This document shows, in pieces, positions 27,108 to 36,494 of a stretch of 64,000 nt of DNA. Location of the stretch: the IMG/VR virus record IMGVR_UViG_3300017700_000931, positions 128,001-192,000 of that record. One strand, 5' to 3'. Both the position numbers and the translations under genes were made by a program. The stretch's first letter is position 1, and each line of letters opens with the position of its first letter. The notes beneath the pieces are model-generated. The model did not search any database and was not told the origin of the DNA. It saw only the letters and a program-made list of their open reading frames with translations. Source of the stretch: a virus (taxonomy: Duplodnaviria; Caudoviricetes).

Positions 27108-29948
27108 TTAGATGTCATCAAAACTTGCACCTGTGTTCATAATGTTGAACTCTACGCAAATGAATTCTAATGCTCTTGTTGGTTTAATAAAGATTCTACC
27201 ACAAAGTTCATTTCTATCAATTGCTTCTGGGTCATCATCCAACACAACTCTAAAGTCTGTTAAACCTCTCTCACTTCTGATATTATCTAGAATTGGATTA
27301 ACTAATGACAAGAATTGGTTTCTAACAATATCATCATTTTGTTCAAATAACAATCTAATTGATACAGCAGAAATTAATTTTCTTGCTTGTAATAACAATC
27401 TTCTAACGTTAATTCTATCCAAAGCAGATTCCTTAACTTGAAGAGTTTTGTTACCCCAGATTTTAATACCCTCAGATGCAAATGTAGCAATTGGATTAAT
27501 CCTACCATCATAAAGTGTATCTCTATCTTGAAGAGTTAATTTAACCCTAGATTTAACAGCATTAACGTCACCTCTTTGAACACCAGCAGCAGCAAACCAA
27601 GGGAATGCAATATTATCAGTCAATGCAATGTTTCTAACAACGTCTCTTGTAGGTGGTAACCAAACAAGAACATTATTTTCAGCATCTTGAACTTGAATCC
27701 AAGGCCAGAATGTTGCAGTATAGTTACTATCAAAAGCTCCGTCAATATTATCAACAGCATCTTCTGCGGTCATCACACCACCACCAGTATCTGTATCTGG
27801 AAGTGTTGCGATATAAATTGAATCCGCTCTTTCTGTTTCAATCATTTCGATTGCTTCTTCAATTAAGTTTGTGTGGTCAATCATATCGATACCCGGAGTA
27901 GCAAACACATTAATGTTAATTGCTTCAGGATTAGCGAATGTTCTAAGACCTTCAAAGTATGCGTAGTAATCAGAACTAATTCCGTTTTCACCGTTAGTAA
28001 GTGCTCTGTTTGAGAACACACCATTAGTAAGACCTAAAGCACCTTTTGAACCATTGATTGTGTAAGCATCTTGGTTTGTTCTTCTAGTTCTGTAGATATC
28101 CCAACCATCGAAACCACCATAAGGTGCAAATGTAAATTTACGTGCATAAACTTTTTCATAATCAGTTCCAGCAAGGTCAAAATCATTTTTGAATTCAGCA
28201 TTACCTGTTTCAAATTCAAATATTGGAGAATAAGTACCACCAGTAAGGTTGATTACTATTTCAACATTGTCAATTGTAACAGCACTAGCTTCGATATCCA
28301 TGTGGAAACCTTTAGTTAATCCAGTCCAAATATCTACTGTCGTACTATCTGGTTTACCTTTATAGTCAAAGAAATCTTGGTCGATACCAACGATATCAGA
28401 AAGACCCAAATAAGCTTTTCTTTTTTTCTCAAAAATACCATAAGTTTTTTTGTAATTGATAGTTGGATTTTCAACTGATGTGTTACCGTTTTCAGAATAA
28501 TCTCTGATTGGGAAACCAACGAAACCAGCTGGGAATGCATCACTACCATCACTATCTTCATCAATTTCAACTAACACATAATTTGAGTTAGAAACATATT
28601 GACCATCTAATGTACCAATTCTTCTACCAACAAATCTATCTGATGTTGGGTCCATTGTACATCTTGAGAATTTCTCAAGAATAACCGGATTAGCATCTGT
28701 ATCAGCATAACTTCTGATTTCAACATCAAATAATTTATCATCTGGTTTGATGTTTGTGATTGAAATTTTAAATTCTCTATTTGCAGTATTACCATCAGAG
28801 ATTGTCCAAAGTCTGAATAATCTCAAAACTTTATTACCTCTAACCTCAGATACAACATAAGGTGTAACCGCTGGTTGATATTCTACTTTATAATCATCGA
28901 AGGTATTTCCATACTCAATCAATGTCATATTAATACCTCTGACTTTTTCTTCTGTGATAAAATCTTCAAGCATGTTTTCATAAATCTCTTCGACATATAA
29001 TGCAGTAGTGTTATCTTGTGCAGATGTACCCAATACTCTAGTAATATAGTTTTTCTTAGTTCTATCGAATGATAATGAATAATTAAATGCGCCTTGGAAA
29101 TAAGATGTACCAGTAATGCTGAATGCACCTAATGGTGATTCTTGTGCTGTTTGACCAGTACTTGCAATACCAATTGTACCACCACTACAATCAAAGAATA
29201 ATGTTTCAGTACCATCATATCTACCTCTTGACCTGATTAATGCAACAATTTTGTTTTCAACGTCTGAGTAACAAGTACCAGAATAATGAATTGTAGTACC
29301 AGTTGTACTACCTGTTACGTTACCACCGGATGTACCAGCTGAATTAACATAAACAGTAAATGATGCACCAGTAAATGCACATCCAGTTTCAGAAATTTTA
29401 TCAAATACTGGATTATAAGTCGCAGTATCACCAGTTGAAGCTGTTGTTAAGAAATTAAGGTTTACAAATCCATCATCATATAATTGTTGAATCAATGAGT
29501 CAGTTATCACAACATTTGTAAGTGTTCCAGCAGTTGTTGCGGTATAAGTGATGAATGGGTTTTTATTAACCGTACCAGTAGTTGCACCACTTGTTGTTGG
29601 GTCTAATGCAGCATCAAGTGTGATACCCCACGCTTGGCCAGCATCATAACCAGAGAATCCTAGGATTCTTGATACGAATAATTGATTTGATTGTGACAAA
29701 TATGATTTAGCAATGTATGGTAATTCATACATTGGAGCCCCAGTATCTTTAACTTTTTTTGCATTCAATCCACCGAAAAATGCTTTAAACTCGTCGTAGT
29801 TACTAACGAAAATTGGTTGGAATGCTGGACCTTTTGTAGTCTCACCAACCAAACCTAAAGTTGTTACACCAACGTTACGAGTTACGAATGATAAATCCCT
29901 CTCTGAGGTATAAACACCGGGACTAACGAATACTCTTTCTGAAGCCAT
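27108..29948 (-). CDS. Tail sheath protein (T4 gp18-like)
   Basis: VSPGVYTSERD N-terminus; PWFAAAGVQRG, GIKIWGNKTL, RINVRRL, FIKPTRALEFI C-terminus. Confidence 0.96.
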   Translation of the reverse strand: MASERVFVSPGVYTSERDLSFVTRNVGVTTLGLVGETTKGPAFQPIFVSNYDEFKAFFGGLNAKKVKDTGAPMYELPYIAKSYLSQSNQLFVSRILGFSGYDAGQAWGITLDAALDPTTSGATTGTVNKNPFITYTATTAGTLTNVVITDSLIQQLYDDGFVNLNFLTTASTGDTATYNPVFDKISETGCAFTGASFTVYVNSAGTSGGNVTGSTTGTTIHYSGTCYSDVENKIVALIRSRGRYDGTETLFFDCSGGTIGIASTGQTAQESPLGAFSITGTSYFQGAFNYSLSFDRTKKNYITRVLGTSAQDNTTALYVEEIYENMLEDFITEEKVRGINMTLIEYGNTFDDYKVEYQPAVTPYVVSEVRGNKVLRLFRLWTISDGNTANREFKISITNIKPDDKLFDVEIRSYADTDANPVILEKFSRCTMDPTSDRFVGRRIGTLDGQYVSNSNYVLVEIDEDSDGSDAFPAGFVGFPIRDYSENGNTSVENPTINYKKTYGIFEKKRKAYLGLSDIVGIDQDFFDYKGKPDSTTVDIWTGLTKGFHMDIEASAVTIDNVEIVINLTGGTYSPIFEFETGNAEFKNDFDLAGTDYEKVYARKFTFAPYGGFDGWDIYRTRRTNQDAYTINGSKGALGLTNGVFSNRALTNGENGISSDYYAYFEGLRTFANPEAININVFATPGIDMIDHTNLIEEAIEMIETERADSIYIATLPDTDTGGGVMTAEDAVDNIDGAFDSNYTATFWPWIQVQDAENNVLVWLPPTRDVVRNIALTDNIAFPWFAAAGVQRGDVNAVKSRVKLTLQDRDTLYDGRINPIATFASEGIKIWGNKTLQVKESALDRINVRRLLLQARKLISAVSIRLLFEQNDDIVRNQFLSLVNPILDNIRSERGLTDFRVVLDDDPEAIDRNELCGRIFIKPTRALEFICVEFNIMNTGASFDDI

Positions 29949-30021
29949 TTATTTTTTATTTTTAAGCTATATTATTTTCTATTCTTTCTAATAAATATAT
30001 TAGAAATATGGAAAAGAATTT

Positions 30022-30077
30022 TTATGGAGTATTCTACTCCATAATTAGTATGACTTTTTTCTGCTTTTCGTCATACT
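30022..30077. promoter_or_regulatory. Two inverted repeats (candidate operators) between the sheath and RHH genes
   Basis: TTATGGAGTA-TTC-TACTCCATAA (30022-30044) and AGTATGAC-N15-GTCATACT (30047-30077). Confidence 0.55.
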
Positions 30078-30098
30078 TATATAGAAAACCTTTAAATA

Positions 30099-30257
30099 AT
30101 GGCGATAAAACGAACTAAAAACCTAAAAATTACTCCAGCAACACACAAAATTTTAAAAGATTATTGTGAAGATAATGGATTAAAAATGTTTGCATTTATT
30201 GAAAAATTAATCAAAGAAAAATGTATTAAACCAAAAGATATTTATGGTGATACATAA
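30099..30257 (+). CDS. Ribbon-helix-helix DNA-binding protein (52 aa), absent from the ORF track
   Basis: MAIKRTKNLKITPATHKILKDYCEDNGLKMFAFIEKLIKEKCIKPKDIYGDT: beta-strand KNLKI, helix, G turn, helix. Confidence 0.7.
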   Translation: MAIKRTKNLKITPATHKILKDYCEDNGLKMFAFIEKLIKEKCIKPKDIYGDT

Positions 30258-30258
30258 A

Positions 30259-30414
30259 TCAATTAACAAATACCGAGCTAGTTTCTCCACCAGACGATTC
30301 AGTAAAATCATAATCATTACCATTCAAAGAGTATGAACTAATGACACCACCAGCTGGTGGTGTCGGTAATTCTAATAAAAATTCAGTCACATCAAATACT
30401 ATATCATCTATCAT
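30259..30414 (-). CDS. Small hypothetical protein (51 aa), absent from the ORF track
   Basis: MIDDIVFDVTEFLLELPTPPAGGVISSYSLNGNDYDFTESSGGETSSVFVN; starts 1 nt after the upstream stop. Confidence 0.6.
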   Translation of the reverse strand: MIDDIVFDVTEFLLELPTPPAGGVISSYSLNGNDYDFTESSGGETSSVFVN

Positions 30415-30415
30415 A

Positions 30416-32530
30416 TTATGCTTGCGTTAATAATGCTCTAATTCTTATTCCATTTGGTAATGATGTTGCAGTATATCTGATGTAATTAGATATTGAATCA
30501 GCTGTATCATCCCATGCTAACCAATTTGAACCACCATCACTAGAATATTCAAAAGTTCCTTCTGATGAAACTAATATGGTATCGTCTAACACTAAAGCAC
30601 CGGATACGGCATTATAAAGTCTAATCCTCAAATCAGGGATATTCCCACCCCAAGTAGTACCTTGTCTGTAAGCAAATATTCTATTTGTTACCGATGAATT
30701 ACCAACACTAGGCTCATAATGACTATCAGTTGTATTATCTTCATAAGTAAATGTTAATCCCATAATTCTAGCTGGAATACATGTAGTACCTAATATTTTA
30801 AATGTAAACATAAATTGAATATCAGAACCACTCACACCAGTTAAATCACCATAATCATCAAGTTCAGTCCACCCACCAGAATTATCTGAAATACCAGCCG
30901 TTCTATAAAACATTTTGAATGGTTCTGTTGGTAGTGAAAATGTATCAGTTCCTAATCTACTCAAATGTTTAACAGTCACACTATATAATTTATTTGAATC
31001 ACTAATATCAAATGATGGAGTAATTAACATTTGATTATTAGTAATTGCATAAGTCTGGTGAGCCCCAATAGGTAAGGTATAAACTTGATTTATAGCAGCA
31101 GTAGCTCCTACTCTAGCTAAATATAAAATACCTGCTTCTGACCATATTGAAAATGGTGATACTAAAATAGCTGGGTGTGGAACACCGCCTGAATCAGATA
31201 ATGTTTGGTCTAATTGTTTATCATCATTTAAAAAAATATGATTCATTGGGGTCGAAATAGTATTATATTCTGTAACATAACTTCTAATACCTGCGGCACC
31301 AGTTGATGTTATAATTAATCTATCAATGCCATCAGATATCTCACACGATGACATACCAGCACCAGCTAAATAGGTACCAGCCCCACCGGGTGGAATTTCA
31401 ACCATAACATCACTTTGCCATGAAGTTGACCCAGCAGTAATAGCACTTATCGCTGCTCTGTAAATCCTAGTAGTTGTAACAAAATATAATGAACTAACAC
31501 CAGACCCCGGCCCATGGGCCAATGTCCCGACTCTACCATTATTAGCTTGTGAAATAACACCAGTAACGGCTTGGTTACCAGTTTTAATTGTATTTGTTGT
31601 AGTATCTTTTCCAGACGCTAATGTTAATGCTTTTCTAAAATTATATACAAAAACCTTAACCGTAGCAACATCTAAAACGTAGGTGGAATGGTCTATCCAA
31701 CTAACCATAGGTGCTAAAGCCGCACCACATGCTGCTGTGTTAGTCACAACAGCGGCATCTGCCAACCAGTATACTGCTCTAATGTTATCAGTACCAACGG
31801 CAGCAGGTATTGTTGTACCTACCGATGTAAATATTTCTGGTCTAATACCTTTTGCCACAAATAAACCACCATTTGCAGCAGTAGCATTAGTTGTTGTTGT
31901 TATCAATATAATATCTTCAATAACATAAGGTGTTCCAGCTGCAATCGTACCAGCTGTTGCTGTTAACGTAATTGATGTATTTCCACCAACAGCTGATATT
32001 TCATACCAAGTATTTATTTGTGTTGGGTCTGTTGCCCCGAACCCAATTCTACAACCAATTGACATTCTATCAGTTGTCCAAGAACTACCAGAACCAGTAA
32101 CAGCTGTTCCAGATACCTCAACAGTACCAGTAGTATACAATTCTCTTGAAACTCTGAAGCCCCTAATAGTATGGTTTGTTGCGGTTGGGAATGTTAAGGT
32201 TACAAAACCCTTCCAGTTGAACTCCGAGGTTTCTTTATTATATTCATACATAATAATTCTTCTCGTTGGTGCCGCAGCTAAGTTATCAGCTAAAAAGACC
32301 AAATCAATAGTATCGGAAAAAGAAATAACGTGTGGATATACTCCGGGTATTGCGGTAGATTGTTCAAATGGTCTAGCCATACCAATCCTTGCTGGACCAG
32401 CATAAATATCTTCATTAGTAGCACCTGAATATTGTTTAATTAACGTACCTAAATTGGTAACAGTTGAATTATAAGTTGTTATACCAGTTGTTGGTCCATT
32501 GAACCTAAAATTTACACCTTTTATTGCCAT
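30416..32530 (-). CDS. Virion structural / fibre-associated beta-rich protein (704 aa)
   Basis: T/G/A/S-rich beta composition; located among fibre genes. Confidence 0.6.
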   Translation of the reverse strand: MAIKGVNFRFNGPTTGITTYNSTVTNLGTLIKQYSGATNEDIYAGPARIGMARPFEQSTAIPGVYPHVISFSDTIDLVFLADNLAAAPTRRIIMYEYNKETSEFNWKGFVTLTFPTATNHTIRGFRVSRELYTTGTVEVSGTAVTGSGSSWTTDRMSIGCRIGFGATDPTQINTWYEISAVGGNTSITLTATAGTIAAGTPYVIEDIILITTTTNATAANGGLFVAKGIRPEIFTSVGTTIPAAVGTDNIRAVYWLADAAVVTNTAACGAALAPMVSWIDHSTYVLDVATVKVFVYNFRKALTLASGKDTTTNTIKTGNQAVTGVISQANNGRVGTLAHGPGSGVSSLYFVTTTRIYRAAISAITAGSTSWQSDVMVEIPPGGAGTYLAGAGMSSCEISDGIDRLIITSTGAAGIRSYVTEYNTISTPMNHIFLNDDKQLDQTLSDSGGVPHPAILVSPFSIWSEAGILYLARVGATAAINQVYTLPIGAHQTYAITNNQMLITPSFDISDSNKLYSVTVKHLSRLGTDTFSLPTEPFKMFYRTAGISDNSGGWTELDDYGDLTGVSGSDIQFMFTFKILGTTCIPARIMGLTFTYEDNTTDSHYEPSVGNSSVTNRIFAYRQGTTWGGNIPDLRIRLYNAVSGALVLDDTILVSSEGTFEYSSDGGSNWLAWDDTADSISNYIRYTATSLPNGIRIRALLTQA

Positions 32531-32531
32531 T

Positions 32532-33149
32532 TTAATTTTTTATAACTTTTATTATTAGATTAATTCTTGAAACAGTTGTTGCACTAACAACATTAAATGC
32601 AACTACATCATTTGTAAAGAGTGAAGTCGACCAAGAAGTTAATGTATTGTCTGAATTAATTTGTTGTGAATTTAATCTTGGTTTTTCAGTACCTGTGATG
32701 GTATTTACTATTGTTGGTATACTAGGTCCAGTTGATTTCCAAACATCAACCATACAATCACCAGTAGTATTACCAATAATATCCCACCCAATAATTGTGG
32801 CATTATATGGCATTACAACGAAACCTTTAACACCATTTGTCAAAACAGAACCTGAACCATCAACAGTAATACCAAAAGTACCTGTCATACCAGTGATGTT
32901 AGAGCCATCACCATAAATTGTTGTTGCTGAAAGTGTTGGTACAAATAAAGTACCAGTCATAGTGTCACCAGTTCTAGACACTCTGTCCCAACCTATTGGT
33001 AATATCGAGTTTGAAGTAGTACCGGATGTATATAATTTAACGTCAGCTGTATTTAAGGCCATTTCCCCTAATAGTAAATCACCATTAATTGGTACCTTAC
33101 CAGCAACATTCGAACGTTTCCAAAGAAACGTATTTGACCTATTTGACAT
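32532..33149 (-). CDS. Short tail-fibre-like protein
   Basis: N-terminal GKVP..LLLGEMALNTADVKLY fibre-attachment-type motif; GDTMTGTL shaft repeat. Confidence 0.6.
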   Translation of the reverse strand: MSNRSNTFLWKRSNVAGKVPINGDLLLGEMALNTADVKLYTSGTTSNSILPIGWDRVSRTGDTMTGTLFVPTLSATTIYGDGSNITGMTGTFGITVDGSGSVLTNGVKGFVVMPYNATIIGWDIIGNTTGDCMVDVWKSTGPSIPTIVNTITGTEKPRLNSQQINSDNTLTSWSTSLFTNDVVAFNVVSATTVSRINLIIKVIKN

Positions 33150-33237
33150 ATATATGACCTATTTTACTACGCTCTATAAAGAGCTGAAATTATTTGGGTT
33201 ATAAAACCCTTTTTTTGTTTTTAAAAATAAAAAATGA

Positions 33238-34371
33238 TTAATAACTACCACCATCTAAGGTATCGAATTCTGCTAACAGTCTAACCCCATTTGGTGTTGT
33301 AGTATTAGTACTTCTAATAACAATATCATGCAATTGTGTAACCCAACCCCTATTTGCAAAGCCAGTTGGCCCTGAGTATTCACTGATATCAGGAATTTGT
33401 GAACCAGTCAGACCAGTGAAACCATTCATTGCTCTAATATCTAAAGTAACATCACCATTTAATACACCATTACCATCTTGAATAGTAAATCCGGCACCGA
33501 TAGAACTTGATGTTGTATCACCAGTAGGATTATAATTAAGAATAATATTATTATCTTCCACATAAAGTTGACCAGTTGATGCAGTAATTGCATTACCAAA
33601 GATAGTTAAATTACCATGAATTGTAACATCACCCGTACCCGGAGTACCGACAGAACCACCAGAACCGACAGTTAAACCACCAGTTCCAACGAACGCATTT
33701 CCAGATGCAGAAGTATTAATATTACCAGTGGTTAATGTATTCGTACCCGCATTATATTCAAATCCAGATTCATCAGTTAATAAACCACCAGTACCAGCAT
33801 ATACAACTCTTCCGGCAGTTAAATTAGATACGGTTAACCCTGTGAGTGTATTAATTAGTATACTTAAATTTGATAAACCTTCATTTTGTCTTATTGTCAA
33901 TGTGTTATTAGTGAAAGTAAACCCAGTAACATATGAATCAGTAATACCAGTGATAGTAACATTTGGTTTACCTTGGTTCAACCTTAGAGTGATATTGTTA
34001 GTTAAATTATTATAAGTACCACCCGTTAAATATGAATCAACACTAACGATTGAACTTATGTCTGCTAATACGAATCCATTTGTTGTTCCAGATAGAAATT
34101 TGCCTATCAATCCAGCACCACTTGTGTCCTCATATTGTGTGATTCTATTTCTAAGTCTTAAATTATATAGATTTGACCCTACTTCAAAAAAACTTGCAGT
34201 TGCCCCAGTACCAGCTGGTGTCCACTCATCAGTTGATGTAGTGACACCAGAATACCATACAATCCCCTCCGCTGTATTTACTATTGGTTCACCAGCAAAT
34301 AATGTTGTTGGCAATGGTCTATTCACTATATCACTATTCCTTGTTATATGAGTAGTATTTCTTATTGCCAT
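33238..34371 (-). CDS. Tail-fibre-like protein
   Basis: N-terminal LFAGEPIVNTAEGIVW (same class as the neighbour), DSYLTGGTY/DSYVTGFTF repeats, VEDNNIILN. Confidence 0.6.
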   Translation of the reverse strand: MAIRNTTHITRNSDIVNRPLPTTLFAGEPIVNTAEGIVWYSGVTTSTDEWTPAGTGATASFFEVGSNLYNLRLRNRITQYEDTSGAGLIGKFLSGTTNGFVLADISSIVSVDSYLTGGTYNNLTNNITLRLNQGKPNVTITGITDSYVTGFTFTNNTLTIRQNEGLSNLSILINTLTGLTVSNLTAGRVVYAGTGGLLTDESGFEYNAGTNTLTTGNINTSASGNAFVGTGGLTVGSGGSVGTPGTGDVTIHGNLTIFGNAITASTGQLYVEDNNIILNYNPTGDTTSSSIGAGFTIQDGNGVLNGDVTLDIRAMNGFTGLTGSQIPDISEYSGPTGFANRGWVTQLHDIVIRSTNTTTPNGVRLLAEFDTLDGGSY

Positions 34372-34404
34372 GTTTTCTTTTTTTAATAAATATTAGTTTA
34401 TCGA

Positions 34405-34806
34405 TTAATATCCGCCCCCGAATAAAATATCATTTTGAAGTATTGAATTATTAGCTGTTATTTGCCTAGTATTACCAGAAGAATCAAGACCTAAGTCAAG
34501 CATTGGTGTTTCAACTCTAGTTTGAGCTACCCAAACACTGGTTGTACCGCTGACTGAATTTAATTCTCTAAATCTTCTAATATTATTACCAATATTAATC
34601 GTATTATCAGTAATTGGTAATAAATCAGTATTGAATATTGTTGCTCCACTAGTTAATAGTATTTCGGTATCACCACTACAACTTTCAACTTTATTAGTAT
34701 AAACAACCGTACATGCAGATACGACTGGTGAACCACCAGTTATTGAAAGAGGTTCGATTATGAACGTCTTATTTATGTTAGTTGTATTATTACCTCCGCA
34801 GCTCAT
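34405..34806 (-). CDS. Small virion/fibre-associated protein
   Basis: DLLPITDNTINIG..RRFREL fibre-type motif; in the structural operon. Confidence 0.55.
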   Translation of the reverse strand: MSCGGNNTTNINKTFIIEPLSITGGSPVVSACTVVYTNKVESCSGDTEILLTSGATIFNTDLLPITDNTINIGNNIRRFRELNSVSGTTSVWVAQTRVETPMLDLGLDSSGNTRQITANNSILQNDILFGGGY

Positions 34807-35844
34807 TTATATCAAATTTCCTGTTAGTGAAAAACTACCAGTATTGTTAAAATCTTTCGTTATATGAATATAAATAACATCCCCTGATGTTACAACAAAT
34901 GGGGCAGTCACATCAGACCCATTAACCTTAATCACAATATTCGTAATATTTGTAATATTAATAAGGTTTGTGAATCTAATATCATATTCAGCATCAATAG
35001 TAAGAGTAGTTTCAGCCATAGGTTTGAAAACAAAACTATAGTTCACAATATTTGTATCCCTATCACATGTTACTCTTACCCTAGGTTTTAAATTAGATTC
35101 AAGTAGTTCTGTAACCAATAAAGCTCTATTGAGTGTTGGAACCACTTCAAAGTCGTCTTCATCTAATAAATAACCCAATAATTTCATTTCGAATAATTGA
35201 ACATAAAATCTTCTGTTTTCAAAATCATCAACAGGACTTTCATCACCTCTACTCTCAAAATGAACTGGCATTGGATGTCCATTGGGTGAAATATAATGTT
35301 GTCTAGATTGAAATTTTTTTTGTACGATTTTATCTAATTTATTTAAATCTCTCATTCGATTACAAAATAATCTAATTTCGTATGTAACATCAACAGATGT
35401 CGGTTGTGGTATTTTGTATAAATCGATTCCTTTTCTACCACTTTCAAATGTTGGTACCTTAACGTAAGTATAACTTCTTCTACCTTGAGGTATGTTCCAA
35501 TTTCCAGCTTGATTAGTACCAACCTGAACATCCGGTTTTCTAACAATCGTAATAAATGGTAATTTAATATCTTTAAACTCATCTGAGTGTTGCCATGTTT
35601 TACTAAATTCTGACCACCTTTGAATTGTTAAGAAAATGACTGGCACCTTCTCACCATCAATAACAATCATTAAATCCTTATCAACAAAATCGATGAATGA
35701 TTTATCCATATCTTCGAATCCAACCCCCCTAGGTAAAAAAGTACCTTGATTGGCTATATCATCCAATAATTCTTGTCTTCTTTCAGGACCAACTTTTTGT
35801 TTGGTTATCTTAATATTTTTTAAAAATCCTTTTGGTAATGGCAT
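34807..35844 (-). CDS. Tail completion / sheath terminator (T4 gp15-like)
   Basis: LPFITIVR and PQPTSVDVTYEIRL; adjacent to the neck gene. Confidence 0.65.
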   Translation of the reverse strand: MPLPKGFLKNIKITKQKVGPERRQELLDDIANQGTFLPRGVGFEDMDKSFIDFVDKDLMIVIDGEKVPVIFLTIQRWSEFSKTWQHSDEFKDIKLPFITIVRKPDVQVGTNQAGNWNIPQGRRSYTYVKVPTFESGRKGIDLYKIPQPTSVDVTYEIRLFCNRMRDLNKLDKIVQKKFQSRQHYISPNGHPMPVHFESRGDESPVDDFENRRFYVQLFEMKLLGYLLDEDDFEVVPTLNRALLVTELLESNLKPRVRVTCDRDTNIVNYSFVFKPMAETTLTIDAEYDIRFTNLINITNITNIVIKVNGSDVTAPFVVTSGDVIYIHITKDFNNTGSFSLTGNLI

Positions 35845-35856
35845 AATTTACTGAGA

Positions 35857-36381
35857 TTAAATTCCACGAAATTCTGATGGGTCAGTTGGTGCACAAACAA
35901 CAGTCCTAAATGCCCCCTTATAACCCATAATAGTATGTTTGTTATCATAGTTCTTTCTTCCGTCGTTTACCACCACGAAATATCTAATCTCAGTTTCTGT
36001 TACAGGATAACCAATGTAATCCCCAAAGCTTATGTCTGTATCAAATTCACCTAATTGCTCTTCATAGATACCGAAGGTGAATTGACCATCTTGTAAATAC
36101 CTAAGACTTCCGGCAGTTTGGTTATATGTTTTATTATCCGGTGCAGCCATTATAGGTACAACTCTTAATTCAATTGGTGGGAAATATCTAATATCATCTT
36201 TACCAGCTTCACCATAAAGGTCATCTGAAGCAGTTTGTTCTCTATCAACCCTATAAAGGATAACCATGAAATTACCATCACCCTCAATAGCTTCTCTACC
36301 CATTTCAATTTCTAACCTGAAATCTTCATGACCAAAAAATTTATTAATCCTCGTAATTGGTATTTTCTTCTCCCCTGACAT
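35857..36381 (-). CDS. Neck / head-closure protein (T4 gp14-like)
   Basis: LYRVD...DDLYGE...FPPIEL, FGDYIGY; neck-module position. Confidence 0.6.
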   Translation of the reverse strand: MSGEKKIPITRINKFFGHEDFRLEIEMGREAIEGDGNFMVILYRVDREQTASDDLYGEAGKDDIRYFPPIELRVVPIMAAPDNKTYNQTAGSLRYLQDGQFTFGIYEEQLGEFDTDISFGDYIGYPVTETEIRYFVVVNDGRKNYDNKHTIMGYKGAFRTVVCAPTDPSEFRGI

Positions 36382-36429
36382 AGTCTTTTTTAGATAAATA
36401 TTTGTTATATTATAAATAACATCGAACTA

Positions 36430-36458
36430 TTGATTTTTATCTTTAAAATCATTATAAT
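36430..36458 (+). promoter_or_regulatory. Sigma70-consensus-like promoter for the SNF2 helicase
   Basis: TTGATT-N17-TATAAT. Confidence 0.55.
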
Positions 36459-36494
36459 TAAATAAATAACGAAAGAATTAAAAATCTGTGTATT

